Position numbers and translations under genes: made by a program
Notes under the pieces: generated by a model
Told to the model about the DNA's origin: nothing
The model's input: the letters and a program-made list of their open reading frames with translations, nothing else
Databases searched by the model: none
Shown here: positions 9,667-19,248 of the stretch, piece after piece
Position numbering within the stretch: the first letter of the stretch is position 1
Layout of the letters: each line of letters begins with the position of its first letter
Source of the DNA: Bacteroidota bacterium
Lineage (GTDB): Bacteria > Bacteroidota > Bacteroidia > UBA4408
DNA: 64,000 bases
Reading direction: 5' to 3'
NCBI GenBank assembly: GCA_016718805.1
Contig: JADKCP010000004.1
Span: 403,652-467,651, forward strand

Positions 9667-10902
9667 ATGGAGCGATTTACCGGATTATTGGGCGTAGCAT
9701 TAATTTTTACCATTGCATTTTTATTTTCAAATAATCGCAAGGCAATTAATTATAGATTGGTAATAAGTGGCGTTACCTTGCAGGTGGTGATTGCCATATT
9801 AATATTAAAAATTCCTCCTGTTACACGATTTTTTCAAACCTTGGGAAAGGGGATGCAAAAAATAGAACAATTTGCAAAGGAAGGGGCCAATTTTGTGTAT
9901 GGAGGTATTGGTACCATAGGTTTTGATGGAAGTGTTGGTAATTATGCAGCTCCACATACTTTTGTTTTTGCTTTCAACATTACTGCTACCATTATTTTGG
10001 TGTGTGTGCTTGTAGCCATATTTTATTACGCCGGAATTATGCAAAGAGTAGTTTCGGTGATTGCTAAAGCTATGAATTTTATAATGCGTGTGAGCGGTGC
10101 TGAAGCACTGAGTAATGTTGCCAGTGCTTTCGTTGGTCAAGTAGAAGCACAGGTAATGATTCGACCGTATTTATCGAGCATGACTAAAAGTGAATTACTG
10201 GCCAGCATGAGTGGAAGTCTTGCTTGTATTGCCGGCGGTATTTTAATTGTGTATACATCTATGGGTGCTAAGGCCGAGTATTTAATAGCAGCAAGTTTGA
10301 TGGCGGCTCCCGGAGCTTTGGTAATTTCAAAAATAGTATTTCCCGAAACTGAAGAATCGCAAACAATGGGAAATGTAAAGCTGGAAGTAAAAAGCGAATA
10401 CAGTAATTTAATTGATGCCATTAGCCATGGAGCTGCCGAAGGTTTTAAAATATCGATGAATGTTATTGCCATGCTTATTGGGTTTATAGCTTTAATAGCC
10501 ATGGTGAACTGGATATTGGGACATATTTACACCGGACTAACCTTGGATTTTATTTTTGGAAAATTATTTTATCCACTTGCTTGGAGCATGGGTATTCCTG
10601 CAAGTGATGTAAGCAATGCGGCAACCTTACTCGGACAAAAAATTACTGTAAACGAATTTGTTGCATTTAAAAATTTAACCAGTAATGCTGTTCCGGTTTT
10701 AACCGAAAAAGGAACACTTATAATCAGTATAGCTATTTGTGGATTTGCAAATTTCAGTAGTGTAGGTATGCAGATTGGAGGTATTGGGGCACTGGCTCCG
10801 GAGCGTAGAGCAGATTTAGCCAAATTAGGAATGAAGGCTTTGCTTTGTGGTACTCTTGCATCCTATTTATCAGCCACAATTGCCGGAATTTTAATGGGAT
10901 AA
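9667..10902 (+). CDS. Concentrative nucleoside transporter (NupC/CNT family).
   Basis: 411-aa polytopic membrane protein. LLGQKITVNEFVAFKNL resembles the conserved CNT NEFVAY motif. It lies next to thyA and folA. Confidence 0.6.
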   Translation: MERFTGLLGVALIFTIAFLFSNNRKAINYRLVISGVTLQVVIAILILKIPPVTRFFQTLGKGMQKIEQFAKEGANFVYGGIGTIGFDGSVGNYAAPHTFVFAFNITATIILVCVLVAIFYYAGIMQRVVSVIAKAMNFIMRVSGAEALSNVASAFVGQVEAQVMIRPYLSSMTKSELLASMSGSLACIAGGILIVYTSMGAKAEYLIAASLMAAPGALVISKIVFPETEESQTMGNVKLEVKSEYSNLIDAISHGAAEGFKISMNVIAMLIGFIALIAMVNWILGHIYTGLTLDFIFGKLFYPLAWSMGIPASDVSNAATLLGQKITVNEFVAFKNLTSNAVPVLTEKGTLIISIAICGFANFSSVGMQIGGIGALAPERRADLAKLGMKALLCGTLASYLSATIAGILMG

Positions 10903-10927
10903 TTTGCAGCCATTTCACGTTATTTAA

Positions 10928-11722
10928 ATGAAACAATACCACGACTTAATGCGTCATGTGCTGGAAAACGGCACCTCCAAAACCGACCGTACAGGTACCG
11001 GAACCATCAGTGTATTTGGCTATCAAATGCGTTTCGATTTGCAACAAGGATTTCCACTTTTGACAACCAAGAAATTGCACTTAAAATCAATCATTCATGA
11101 ATTGCTTTGGTTTTTAAAAGGCGATACCAACATTGCATATTTAAAAGAAAACGGAGTTAAAATTTGGGACGAATGGGCTGATGAAAACGGCAATCTGGGA
11201 CCTGTGTATGGCTCCCAATGGCGAAGTTGGCCAACAGCAGATGGTCGACACATCGATCAAATCAGCCAGTTAATACATCAATTAAAAAACAATCCTGATA
11301 GTAGACGGATGATTGTAAGTGCTTGGAATGTTGGCGAAATTGAACACATGAAACTTCCACCTTGCCATGCTTTTTTTCAGTTTTATGTAGCCGATGGAAA
11401 ATTAAGTTGCCAATTGTATCAGCGAAGTGCAGATATTTTTTTAGGTGTTCCATTTAATATTGCATCATATGCTATACTTACCAAAATGATTGCACAGGTT
11501 TGCGATTTACAAGCTGGCGATTTTGTACATACGCTTGGAGATGCGCATTTGTATTCAAATCATATTGAGCAAGCAAAATTGCAACTCACAAGAGATTTCA
11601 GGAAATTACCTACTTTTCAATTGAATCCCGAAGTGAAAGATATTTTTGGTTTTACCTATGCTGATTTCACTTTAGAAGGGTACGATCCGCATCCGCATAT
11701 AAAAGCAGAAGTTGCAGTATAA
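10928..11722 (+). CDS. thyA: Thymidylate synthase.
   Basis: [31 protein letters not shown]...[12 protein letters not shown] carries the canonical ThyA motifs. Confidence 0.95.
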   Translation: MKQYHDLMRHVLENGTSKTDRTGTGTISVFGYQMRFDLQQGFPLLTTKKLHLKSIIHELLWFLKGDTNIAYLKENGVKIWDEWADENGNLGPVYGSQWRSWPTADGRHIDQISQLIHQLKNNPDSRRMIVSAWNVGEIEHMKLPPCHAFFQFYVADGKLSCQLYQRSADIFLGVPFNIASYAILTKMIAQVCDLQAGDFVHTLGDAHLYSNHIEQAKLQLTRDFRKLPTFQLNPEVKDIFGFTYADFTLEGYDPHPHIKAEVAV

Positions 11723-11734
11723 TTCGCACACAAA

Positions 11735-12244
11735 ATGAAATCGCCTATACTATCATTAATTGTTGCAGCAGCCGAGAACAATGCCATTGGTAAAAACAAT
11801 GATTTAATTTGGCATTTGCCAACCGACATGAAGTATTTTAAAGATACTACTACCGGGCATTGTGTCATTATGGGGCGTAAAAATTACGATTCAATTCCAC
11901 TCAAATACCGGCCTTTATCGAACCGAACAAATATTATTGTTACTCGCCAAAAGGATTTTACTGCACCGGGTTGCCATGTCGCTTATTCATTAGAAGAAGC
12001 TATTTCTCGTGCAAAGGAAATTGAAGAGGTTGAAGTATTTATTATTGGCGGTGCAGAAATATATGCGCAAAGTATTTCCTTGGTAGATAGAATTTACCTT
12101 ACCCGTGTGCATCATTCGTTTGAAGCTGATGCATTTTTTCCAGAAGTAGATTTTAAGCACTATAAAATAAGAAGTTCGCTATTTGTGCAGAAGGATACGA
12201 AAAATCCATATTCCTTTACTATCACGATTTACGAAAAAAAATAA
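11735..12244 (+). CDS. folA: Dihydrofolate reductase.
   Basis: ILSLIVAAAENNAIGKNNDLIWHLPTDMKYFKDTTTG...IMGRKNYDSIP matches DHFR. It sits immediately downstream of thyA. Confidence 0.9.
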   Translation: MKSPILSLIVAAAENNAIGKNNDLIWHLPTDMKYFKDTTTGHCVIMGRKNYDSIPLKYRPLSNRTNIIVTRQKDFTAPGCHVAYSLEEAISRAKEIEEVEVFIIGGAEIYAQSISLVDRIYLTRVHHSFEADAFFPEVDFKHYKIRSSLFVQKDTKNPYSFTITIYEKK

Positions 12245-12313
12245 ACCCGATTAAACTTTTTAAAAAGTTATTCGTCATAGGTTCATTCCATAATCAATAA
12301 AACGTATTTAAAC

Positions 12314-13192
12314 ATGAAAACAACTAAAAGAGTACTAAGTTATACCCTTGCGGTATTTTTTGCCGGAGCCTTGCTATTATCTTCTTGTAAAAAAGAAAAA
12401 GAGGAAGAAGAAGTAGATTCTGATACTCAATCGAGTAAAGATAATACACAAGCCGATTTATATTTTAACGATGTAGCGAACATTGCTGATGAGGCTAGTG
12501 AAGGTGATTTAGTAAATTACAAAACTGCAAACTTTGATGGTTTATTAAGCAACTGTGCAAACATTACACGCTTGCATGCCGATAGTACTAATTCAGACAC
12601 CTTGTTGATTTCTTTTGGTAGCAATGGAGGAACAAATAGCACAGTAAATTGCCTATGTGCAGACGGACGATTACGAAGGGGAATTATTACTGTAATTTAT
12701 ACAGGTAAATACCGCGACTCGCTGTCGACCCACAACATTAGCTTCTCGAACTATTTTGTAAACAATAACCAATTAATTGGCAGTAAAACTGTCACTAATA
12801 AAGGAAGAAATTCAGCCGGCCATCCGGTATTTGAAATCACTGTGAATGGTACTTTATTGCTGGCAAACAGCGGAGGTACTGTAACCTGGAACTCTAATCG
12901 TACCCGTGAGTGGACTGCAGGTTATACAACGTTTGGCCCAGGAAACTGGAACGATGATGTGTATTTAATCAGAGGAACAGCGAGTGGAACTAATGCTGCC
13001 GGAAATTCATTTAATGCAACAATTATTAATCCTTTGGAAAGAGCAATTGGCTGTCGTTGGTTTAGAAAAGGAACAGTTGAATTTACTCCTTCAGGCAAAG
13101 CAACACGTACCATCGACTATGGCACCGGTAATTGCGATGATATTGCCACAGTTACTATCAATGGCATCACGCACACCATCAACTTAAATTAA
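12314..13192 (+). CDS. Hypothetical lipoprotein.
   Basis: Signal peptide followed by Cys (LLLSSCKKEKEEEE). I recognise no family. Confidence 0.5.
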   Translation: MKTTKRVLSYTLAVFFAGALLLSSCKKEKEEEEVDSDTQSSKDNTQADLYFNDVANIADEASEGDLVNYKTANFDGLLSNCANITRLHADSTNSDTLLISFGSNGGTNSTVNCLCADGRLRRGIITVIYTGKYRDSLSTHNISFSNYFVNNNQLIGSKTVTNKGRNSAGHPVFEITVNGTLLLANSGGTVTWNSNRTREWTAGYTTFGPGNWNDDVYLIRGTASGTNAAGNSFNATIINPLERAIGCRWFRKGTVEFTPSGKATRTIDYGTGNCDDIATVTINGITHTINLN

Positions 13193-13200
13193 CAATTAAC

Positions 13201-13236
13201 AAAAAAAAGCTGCATGATTATGCAGCTTTTTTTTTA
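13201..13236. terminator. Bidirectional hairpin terminator between convergent genes.
   Basis: AAAAAAAAGCTGCATgattATGCAGCTTTTTTTTTT: a 7-bp stem flanked by an A-run and a T-run. Confidence 0.7.
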
Positions 13237-13830
13237 CTATTTCCCAAATAAATTTCCTAGCATACCGCCAATTCCCGATGAGGCATCGGTACCTGTAAAT
13301 TTACTTGCAATATCTTTTAAATTGGAATCACCCGAAAGTAAGTTAGAGAAATCCATTCCTTGAGTTTTTCCACCGCTAAGCGTATTAAAAATTCCACCTA
13401 AATCAAAACTACTATCGCTGGGGTCGTTGGTTTTATTAACGAGCTGACTCATTACATTGGGCACTAATCCATTGCTTACAGAAGCAGCAGCCTCTTGTGA
13501 TAAACCAAATTTTGACATAATGGATGAGCTTACCGAAGAAATAATATTGCTAACCACTGGATTGTTTGCCATACCTGATTTCCCGCCAAGAGTAGAAAGT
13601 ACTTCCGCAAAATTACCACCGGCTACCTGACTTTTTAAACTCTCGATGATGCTTCCCGAAGCATGATTTATTACGGCATCATTATGCGCATTAGGCACTG
13701 CCGTATTATTAATAATTGCCTCAGTTGCATTTCCCTTTACTAAATCCAATAAATTTTCGAACATGTTGTTGATTTTAATTAGTTTATTTACCTTGTAAAA
13801 GTATTGAAAATAATTCAACCTTTTTAGCAA
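13237..13830 (-). CDS. Hypothetical Gly/Ser-rich protein, possibly DUF937-like.
   Basis: 197-aa ORF ending ...SGIGGMLGNLFGK. Family assignment is tentative. Confidence 0.4.
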   Translation of the reverse strand: MLKRLNYFQYFYKVNKLIKINNMFENLLDLVKGNATEAIINNTAVPNAHNDAVINHASGSIIESLKSQVAGGNFAEVLSTLGGKSGMANNPVVSNIISSVSSSIMSKFGLSQEAAASVSNGLVPNVMSQLVNKTNDPSDSSFDLGGIFNTLSGGKTQGMDFSNLLSGDSNLKDIASKFTGTDASSGIGGMLGNLFGK

Positions 13831-13837
13831 TCAGCGG

Positions 13838-14344
13838 ATGATTCGATATACTACCAGCATTTTAAAATTTGACAAACAAGGTGAAAAAACAGGATGGACT
13901 TATTTAGTAATTCCAGCAGATATTGCTCAACAAATAAATCCCGGAATAAAAAAATCTTATCGCGTTAAAGGAAAACTTGATAACTATGTGTTTAGTGGTC
14001 TTACCATATTGCCGATGGGAGAAGGAGAATTCATCCTTCCATTAAAATTGGAAATACGAAAATCTATAGGTAAAAAACAGGGAGCTATGGTTTCGGTGGA
14101 ACTTGAATTTGATGCTACTGAATATGAAATTAATGCTGAATTTATTGCCTGTTTAAAGGATGAACCGGCTGCTTACAAAATTTTTTCGGCACTCCCAAAA
14201 TCGCATCAGCGTTATTATTCTAAATGGATTGAGAGTGCGAAAACCGATGCTACTCGTGCAAAACGCATACATTCAAGTATTTTAAGTTTCTTGAAAAATC
14301 AAACCTTTGCCGAACTGTTGCGTTCGCAAAAAAACCTTAGCTAA
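13838..14344 (+). CDS. DUF1905/YdeI (OmpD-associated) family protein.
   Basis: The N-terminal region ...YRVKGKLDNYVFSGLTILPMGEGEFILPLKLEIRKSIGKKQGAMVSVELE is DUF1905-like. The C-terminal ...ALPKSHQRYYSKWIESAKTDATRAKRI is YdeI-like. Confidence 0.65.
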   Translation: MIRYTTSILKFDKQGEKTGWTYLVIPADIAQQINPGIKKSYRVKGKLDNYVFSGLTILPMGEGEFILPLKLEIRKSIGKKQGAMVSVELEFDATEYEINAEFIACLKDEPAAYKIFSALPKSHQRYYSKWIESAKTDATRAKRIHSSILSFLKNQTFAELLRSQKNLS

Positions 14345-17300
14345 GTTGTTCTACAGTGCTATCTGATCGAACTTTATACTCGAGTCGTTTCATTTCATTA
14401 ATATCTAAACTATAAAAACCAAACTCTTCAACCACCTTTCCTGTTAGCAAATAACAGCCATTTCCGGTAAATGGAAATTGTTTTATAATAAGCGGAAAAT
14501 GCGTGGTATCAATCCAGTTGCCGGCTTTGTCTAAAAAAGTTCCGAAGCACATTTCATCGCCTCGCTTGGTACGCGTGCGTTTGCGTGTAACTAAATAGCC
14601 TACAATACGAACTAAATTTCCAAGATGCTCCTTAAATTCTGTTGCTAAACTGAGTGTAGTTAGAGTTGTGCTCAATTGATTTTCGTTCCCTTTTGTATTA
14701 GTGTCAGCAAGCTCTTTAATGAGGTCGAAGGGCGAGCAGAGCGGGAAACCTAAAATTTCAATCTGGTCCCATGCATCGTCTAAACTATGATGAAAAAGTG
14801 GTGGCAGGGTAAATTCGCGTTGCTCCACTTCAAACAGTTCGTGTCGTGTACTTGTCTTTTTTTGAGCCCCTATTTGCGTGTGAATGTCCCAAAGAAGTTG
14901 CTTCTTTGAACGGCTCGTAAACTCAAATGCTCCTACCCGAATGAGTATGCGCAATTGTTCCACCGAAATATCCACACGGCTCATAAAATTTTGCAGAGAG
15001 CTGAATACTCCGTGCGCTTTACGTTCATTGATTAGTTGAGTAATAACGTTTGTTTCAAATTCGGCTAGGTGATCAAATCCAATGTAAATTACCTTGCCTT
15101 TAATGATAGTTTTTGCTTCACTGTGGTTGATGTGTGGTGCATGAATTATTGCTCCGCACAAACGCGCTTCATGAAAATAAATTTCGGGGCGGTAAAAACC
15201 TCCGCCATTATTGATTACAGCCACCATGTACTCGAGCGGAAAATGTGTTTTTAAAAACATGCACTGATAGCTCTCAACAGCATAGGAAGCCGAATGTCCT
15301 TTGCTAAACGCATATCCTGCAAAGCTTTCAATTTGTCGCCACACTTCTTTTGTGATAGTATCGGGATATCCCTTTTGTTTACAATTGCTAAAAAATTTTT
15401 GCTCTACTTTTTTAAACTCTTCTCTCCCTCTGTATTTACCACTCATTCCGCGTCGCAGCATATCGGCATCGGCAAAACTTAATCCTGCAAAGTGATATGC
15501 CACTTTTATCACATCTTCTTGATACACCATTACACCAAAGGTATCGTGCAAAATTTCGTTAATTGCCTGAGGAGTTTGGTAGGATGGTTTCATACCTCGT
15601 GAACGCAAAATATACTCGCGCATCATTCCCGACGAAGCTACACCGGGGCGGATGATAGAACTAGCTGCAACCAAATCGAGATAGGTTTCGGCTTGCAGTT
15701 TTGTAAGCAACATACGCATGGCAGGACTTTCAACATAAAAGCATCCAATTAATCTGGCTTCTTTTAGATTTTTTCGAATCGCCGGGTCTTCCTTAAATTG
15801 CTGAACATTTCTGATATCAATGGATACCTGCTGATTATTCTGTATAATCGTTACAGCATCTCTTATTTTTCCTAAACCGCGCTGGGCAAGTATATCAAAC
15901 TTATACAAGCCAACATCTTCTGCTTCAAGCATACTAAACTGGGTTAGCGGAAAACCTTTGGGAGGATTGTTAAGTGCTGTATAGCGCGTAATGGGTTTCT
16001 CTGAAATCAGTATTCCTCCGGCATGTACACTCAGGTGATTGGGAAATGAATACAAGTGCTCGCCATACTTGCGGATGAGTTGTACAATGTGATCGGGTGT
16101 GCCCGGATTTCTTTTATTATCCACCAAGTCATCAATTTCTGCTTTGGGCAAACCGAATACTTTTCCCAATTCGCGGATGATGGAATTGTCTTTCATTTCG
16201 CTGTATGTTCCCAGCAAAGCAACAGTGCTGTTTCGGCTTTTCCCGTAAGGGGAACGGTAAAAAATATAATCGGTAACATCGGCACGTTCGGTGGATGAAA
16301 AATCAATATCAAAATCGGGAGGGCTTGTTCGAGAAGGATTGATGAAGCGTTCGAAATACAAATCGAGGTCAATGGGATCTACATCGGTAATACGCAGCAG
16401 GTAGGCAACCATTGAATTAGCGCCACTTCCACGGCCTACATAAAAATAATTTTGCGATTGTGCATAGCGAACAATGTCCCAATTAATCAAAAAGTAAGAA
16501 GTAAATCCTTGCGTAGTGATAACTTCAATTTCCTTTTTAAAACGTTCACGCACTTTTTCGTTCTGCACAGGATAACGGTAGGGTAAATTTTCGTAGCATA
16601 GCTTCAGCAGCAAATCGTAATCGCCTTGCTGAGTCCCTGTAAAATAGCGAAGGTTCTTATTTTGTTTGTATTCAAACTGAATGTTGCAAGCCTGCAGAAA
16701 TTGATTGGTATTGCTTATAAGTTGAGGAAACTCGTTGTACTGTGTAGCAAGTTCATCGCTCGTATAAAAAATTTCATCCGGGAGTGCTTGTTCGCTTATT
16801 GGGAGTTTACTGAGCAACATGTTATGGTCCATGGCACGTAGCAAACGATGTGCATTAAAATCCATCTTACTCCGAAAAGTTACCGGACTAAGCAGCAGCA
16901 TTTTTTTTTGCCATTCGCCGGGTTGAAAATCCTTCATCACTTGTTGTAGTGAAAACAGCTGTCGTGCATGTATTCCAATAAATTCGTGAGAGGCCAGGTC
17001 TTTTATTTTAGTAAATGTGCTTTTCAAATTCGCTTCATTCGTTGCTTCTTTACATGCGTGAAGGTATTGATAGGGGTAAATTATATAAGCGTTTTCAAAG
17101 ACAGGAGCACGGTCATCGATACTTTGATTGTGTGTAAGGTGTGCCGTAAGAAAACGGTTGAGTTCGTCAAAGCCATCGTTGTTTTTGGCAATTCCGATAA
17201 ATTTTTGTGCTGCGCCATTTCTAAAATCAATACCCACCACGGGCTTAATTCCATAGTTGGGTGCCAGTCTAACAAAATCCAAAACTGCCGAGGTGTTATT

Positions 17301-17414
17301 AATATCGGTAAGGGCCAATTGGGTGCATCCCTTTAGTTTTGCCTCATGCAGTAGTTGTTCGGTGCTCATGGTACCAAACTTAAAGCTATAGTAGGTGTGG
17401 CAATTGAGGTACAT
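14337..17414 (-). CDS. dnaE2: Error-prone DNA polymerase III alpha-like polymerase DnaE2 (ImuC).
   Basis: 1025 aa. N-terminal PHP domain MYLNCHTYYSFKFGTMSTEQLLHEAKLKGCTQLALTDINN. The size and the location downstream of a Y-family polymerase gene are typical of DnaE2. Confidence 0.85.
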   Translation of the reverse strand: MYLNCHTYYSFKFGTMSTEQLLHEAKLKGCTQLALTDINNTSAVLDFVRLAPNYGIKPVVGIDFRNGAAQKFIGIAKNNDGFDELNRFLTAHLTHNQSIDDRAPVFENAYIIYPYQYLHACKEATNEANLKSTFTKIKDLASHEFIGIHARQLFSLQQVMKDFQPGEWQKKMLLLSPVTFRSKMDFNAHRLLRAMDHNMLLSKLPISEQALPDEIFYTSDELATQYNEFPQLISNTNQFLQACNIQFEYKQNKNLRYFTGTQQGDYDLLLKLCYENLPYRYPVQNEKVRERFKKEIEVITTQGFTSYFLINWDIVRYAQSQNYFYVGRGSGANSMVAYLLRITDVDPIDLDLYFERFINPSRTSPPDFDIDFSSTERADVTDYIFYRSPYGKSRNSTVALLGTYSEMKDNSIIRELGKVFGLPKAEIDDLVDNKRNPGTPDHIVQLIRKYGEHLYSFPNHLSVHAGGILISEKPITRYTALNNPPKGFPLTQFSMLEAEDVGLYKFDILAQRGLGKIRDAVTIIQNNQQVSIDIRNVQQFKEDPAIRKNLKEARLIGCFYVESPAMRMLLTKLQAETYLDLVAASSIIRPGVASSGMMREYILRSRGMKPSYQTPQAINEILHDTFGVMVYQEDVIKVAYHFAGLSFADADMLRRGMSGKYRGREEFKKVEQKFFSNCKQKGYPDTITKEVWRQIESFAGYAFSKGHSASYAVESYQCMFLKTHFPLEYMVAVINNGGGFYRPEIYFHEARLCGAIIHAPHINHSEAKTIIKGKVIYIGFDHLAEFETNVITQLINERKAHGVFSSLQNFMSRVDISVEQLRILIRVGAFEFTSRSKKQLLWDIHTQIGAQKKTSTRHELFEVEQREFTLPPLFHHSLDDAWDQIEILGFPLCSPFDLIKELADTNTKGNENQLSTTLTTLSLATEFKEHLGNLVRIVGYLVTRKRTRTKRGDEMCFGTFLDKAGNWIDTTHFPLIIKQFPFTGNGCYLLTGKVVEEFGFYSLDINEMKRLEYKVRSDSTVEQLS

Positions 17415-17419
17415 GTTGC

Positions 17420-19246
17420 TTAGCTATTTCCTGATAGGTTGCCGGTATTACAAAATTCAAATTCGCCCAAGCTGAAGCATTGCTCAAAGGCGCTCTTGCG
17501 TTTGAGCAGCGTAATGCTTTGCGCAATAAAAGAGGTTTGGTATTGCTTGGTTTGGTATTCGGGTTGAGCCTTGTTAAAGGTTTCGCCGGTGAGCTCCCCT
17601 GCCAGTAAAAGACTAAAGCGGTAATGAAAGGTAGCGCGGCTTGGGGGCAGTTGCAATTTGAGTCGCAAGGTCTTGCTGAAATCACTTCCTCCACGTGCCG
17701 CTTTTACCGGAATATGAATGTTTGATGGGGTTGCAACATCAAAGTTGCAGAGCTGTACTTCAAAAGGCTGTTGTGCCACGCATACAGCTTCAATGGTTTC
17801 AATGAGGTTTTGTTCTTTGCTTTCATCGAGTTGCAAAACGGCGAGTTCAATTTGTGGAATATTTTTTTCGGCACGTAGAAATCCGTAGTGTTGTGCAAAG
17901 TGTTTTTTTTCGTTCAGTAGTTCGTTTTTAACCTTTGCGGGAAGTGTGATTAACAACCTGTATTCATATTCTTCCTCGTTTAGTTTTCCTTTTTTATCGG
18001 GCGATGATGACACTCCGTTAAAAGGATTAAAGGTTCGTAATGAATTAGACAGGGCCACGGCACGATGTACAGCTTGCGGGCCGTACAAAATGCGCATTTT
18101 ATCCATCGCTTGATACAAATTAATTAGTTGTTCGCTATCTTCAAATAAATTGATTTGATAGCCTCCGCCCACGAGGTTACTAAAGCGCACGCCAATGAGG
18201 CGAATGAGCATGCGCCGGCTATACAATTTTTCGAACAATTCTTTTACGCGTGCAATGAGTACATGATCGTTGGAGCTATGCGCGATGCGGCATTGCATGG
18301 TATGTGTATCAAAATTTGAATACCTAATTTTAACGGTAACACAAGCAGTTAGTTTGTTTTCGCTGCGAAGTTGAAAGGCCAGTTTTTCGACCATTTTAAT
18401 TAAAATGTTCTTGAGTTTTTGCACGTCAATGGTATCGGTATCGAAGGTTTCTTCGCTCGAAATACTTTTGCGTTCGCTGTAAGGCTCAACCGGGGAAGTA
18501 TCAATTCCGTTGGCTTTTCGCCAGATGCTGCCTCCATTTTCGCCCAGTACATTTTGCATTAATTCGAGGGGCATTTGTTGCAGTGTATGTACTTTTTCTA
18601 TTCCCATGCTGCGCAACAGTGTATAGGTTTTTTCGCCAATCATGGGAATTTTTTTTACCGAAAGTGGCGCCAAAAAAGATTTTTCGCAACCCGGATCTAC
18701 CTTCATCTGGTTGTTGGGTTTTGCTTCGTCGGTAGCGACTTTGCTCACCGTTTTGTTGGGCGACATGCCAAATGAAATGGGAAGTCCGGTTTCGCGCATG
18801 ATTCGTCGGCGTAGTTCTGTAGCATAGTTGTAGCAGCCAAAAAACTTATCCATTCCGGTAAAATCCATGTAAAATTCGTCAATAGAAGAGCGTTCAAAAA
18901 GGGGAACGTATTCGCCAATAATCTGTGTTACTTCGTCGGAGCGTTTGCTGTATTCTTCGTAATCGCCTCGTACCACAAGGGCGTGCGGGCAGAGGCGTTT
19001 GGCCAGTTTCATGGGCATTGCCGAATGAATTCCGAAGGCGCGTGCTTCGTAACTGCAGGCTGCCACCACTCCCCTGTCGCTGCTTCCGCCTACCAACACA
19101 GGTTTTCCAATCAATTCGGGATGCATGAGCCGCGATACCGAAACAAAATAGCTGTCTAAATCCATGTGCACAATGGTGCGGTTCACTTCGCCTTCGAGGC
19201 CTTTCCAACTATACGGACTATGCAGTTGTTTATTGTTGTTGTGCAT
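17420..19246 (-). CDS. dinB: Y-family DNA polymerase (DinB/Pol IV type with catalytic residues retained) carrying an uncharacterised ~210-aa C-terminal extension. It occupies the ImuB position of a mutagenesis cassette.
   Basis: HMDLDSYFVSVS and SIDEFYMDFTG correspond to the E. coli DinB motifs VDMDCFF and SLDEAYLDVT. The protein is 608 aa versus ~350 aa for typical DinB. Its start codon lies 2 nt after the radical SAM stop, and its stop lies 5 nt before the dnaE2 start. Confidence 0.8.
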   Translation of the reverse strand: MHNNNKQLHSPYSWKGLEGEVNRTIVHMDLDSYFVSVSRLMHPELIGKPVLVGGSSDRGVVAACSYEARAFGIHSAMPMKLAKRLCPHALVVRGDYEEYSKRSDEVTQIIGEYVPLFERSSIDEFYMDFTGMDKFFGCYNYATELRRRIMRETGLPISFGMSPNKTVSKVATDEAKPNNQMKVDPGCEKSFLAPLSVKKIPMIGEKTYTLLRSMGIEKVHTLQQMPLELMQNVLGENGGSIWRKANGIDTSPVEPYSERKSISSEETFDTDTIDVQKLKNILIKMVEKLAFQLRSENKLTACVTVKIRYSNFDTHTMQCRIAHSSNDHVLIARVKELFEKLYSRRMLIRLIGVRFSNLVGGGYQINLFEDSEQLINLYQAMDKMRILYGPQAVHRAVALSNSLRTFNPFNGVSSSPDKKGKLNEEEYEYRLLITLPAKVKNELLNEKKHFAQHYGFLRAEKNIPQIELAVLQLDESKEQNLIETIEAVCVAQQPFEVQLCNFDVATPSNIHIPVKAARGGSDFSKTLRLKLQLPPSRATFHYRFSLLLAGELTGETFNKAQPEYQTKQYQTSFIAQSITLLKRKSAFEQCFSLGEFEFCNTGNLSGNS

Positions 19247-19248
19247 GG

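Noticed and set aside
14337-14344. 8-bp overlap between 13838..14344 (+) and dnaE2 (-).
   Set aside because: This is a convergent 3'-end overlap, not a frameshift or fusion. Both ORFs have complete, plausible termini.
17386-17694. 102-aa minus-strand ORF spanning the dinB/dnaE2 junction.
   Set aside because: It overlaps the 3' end of the dinB-like gene in another frame and has no support.
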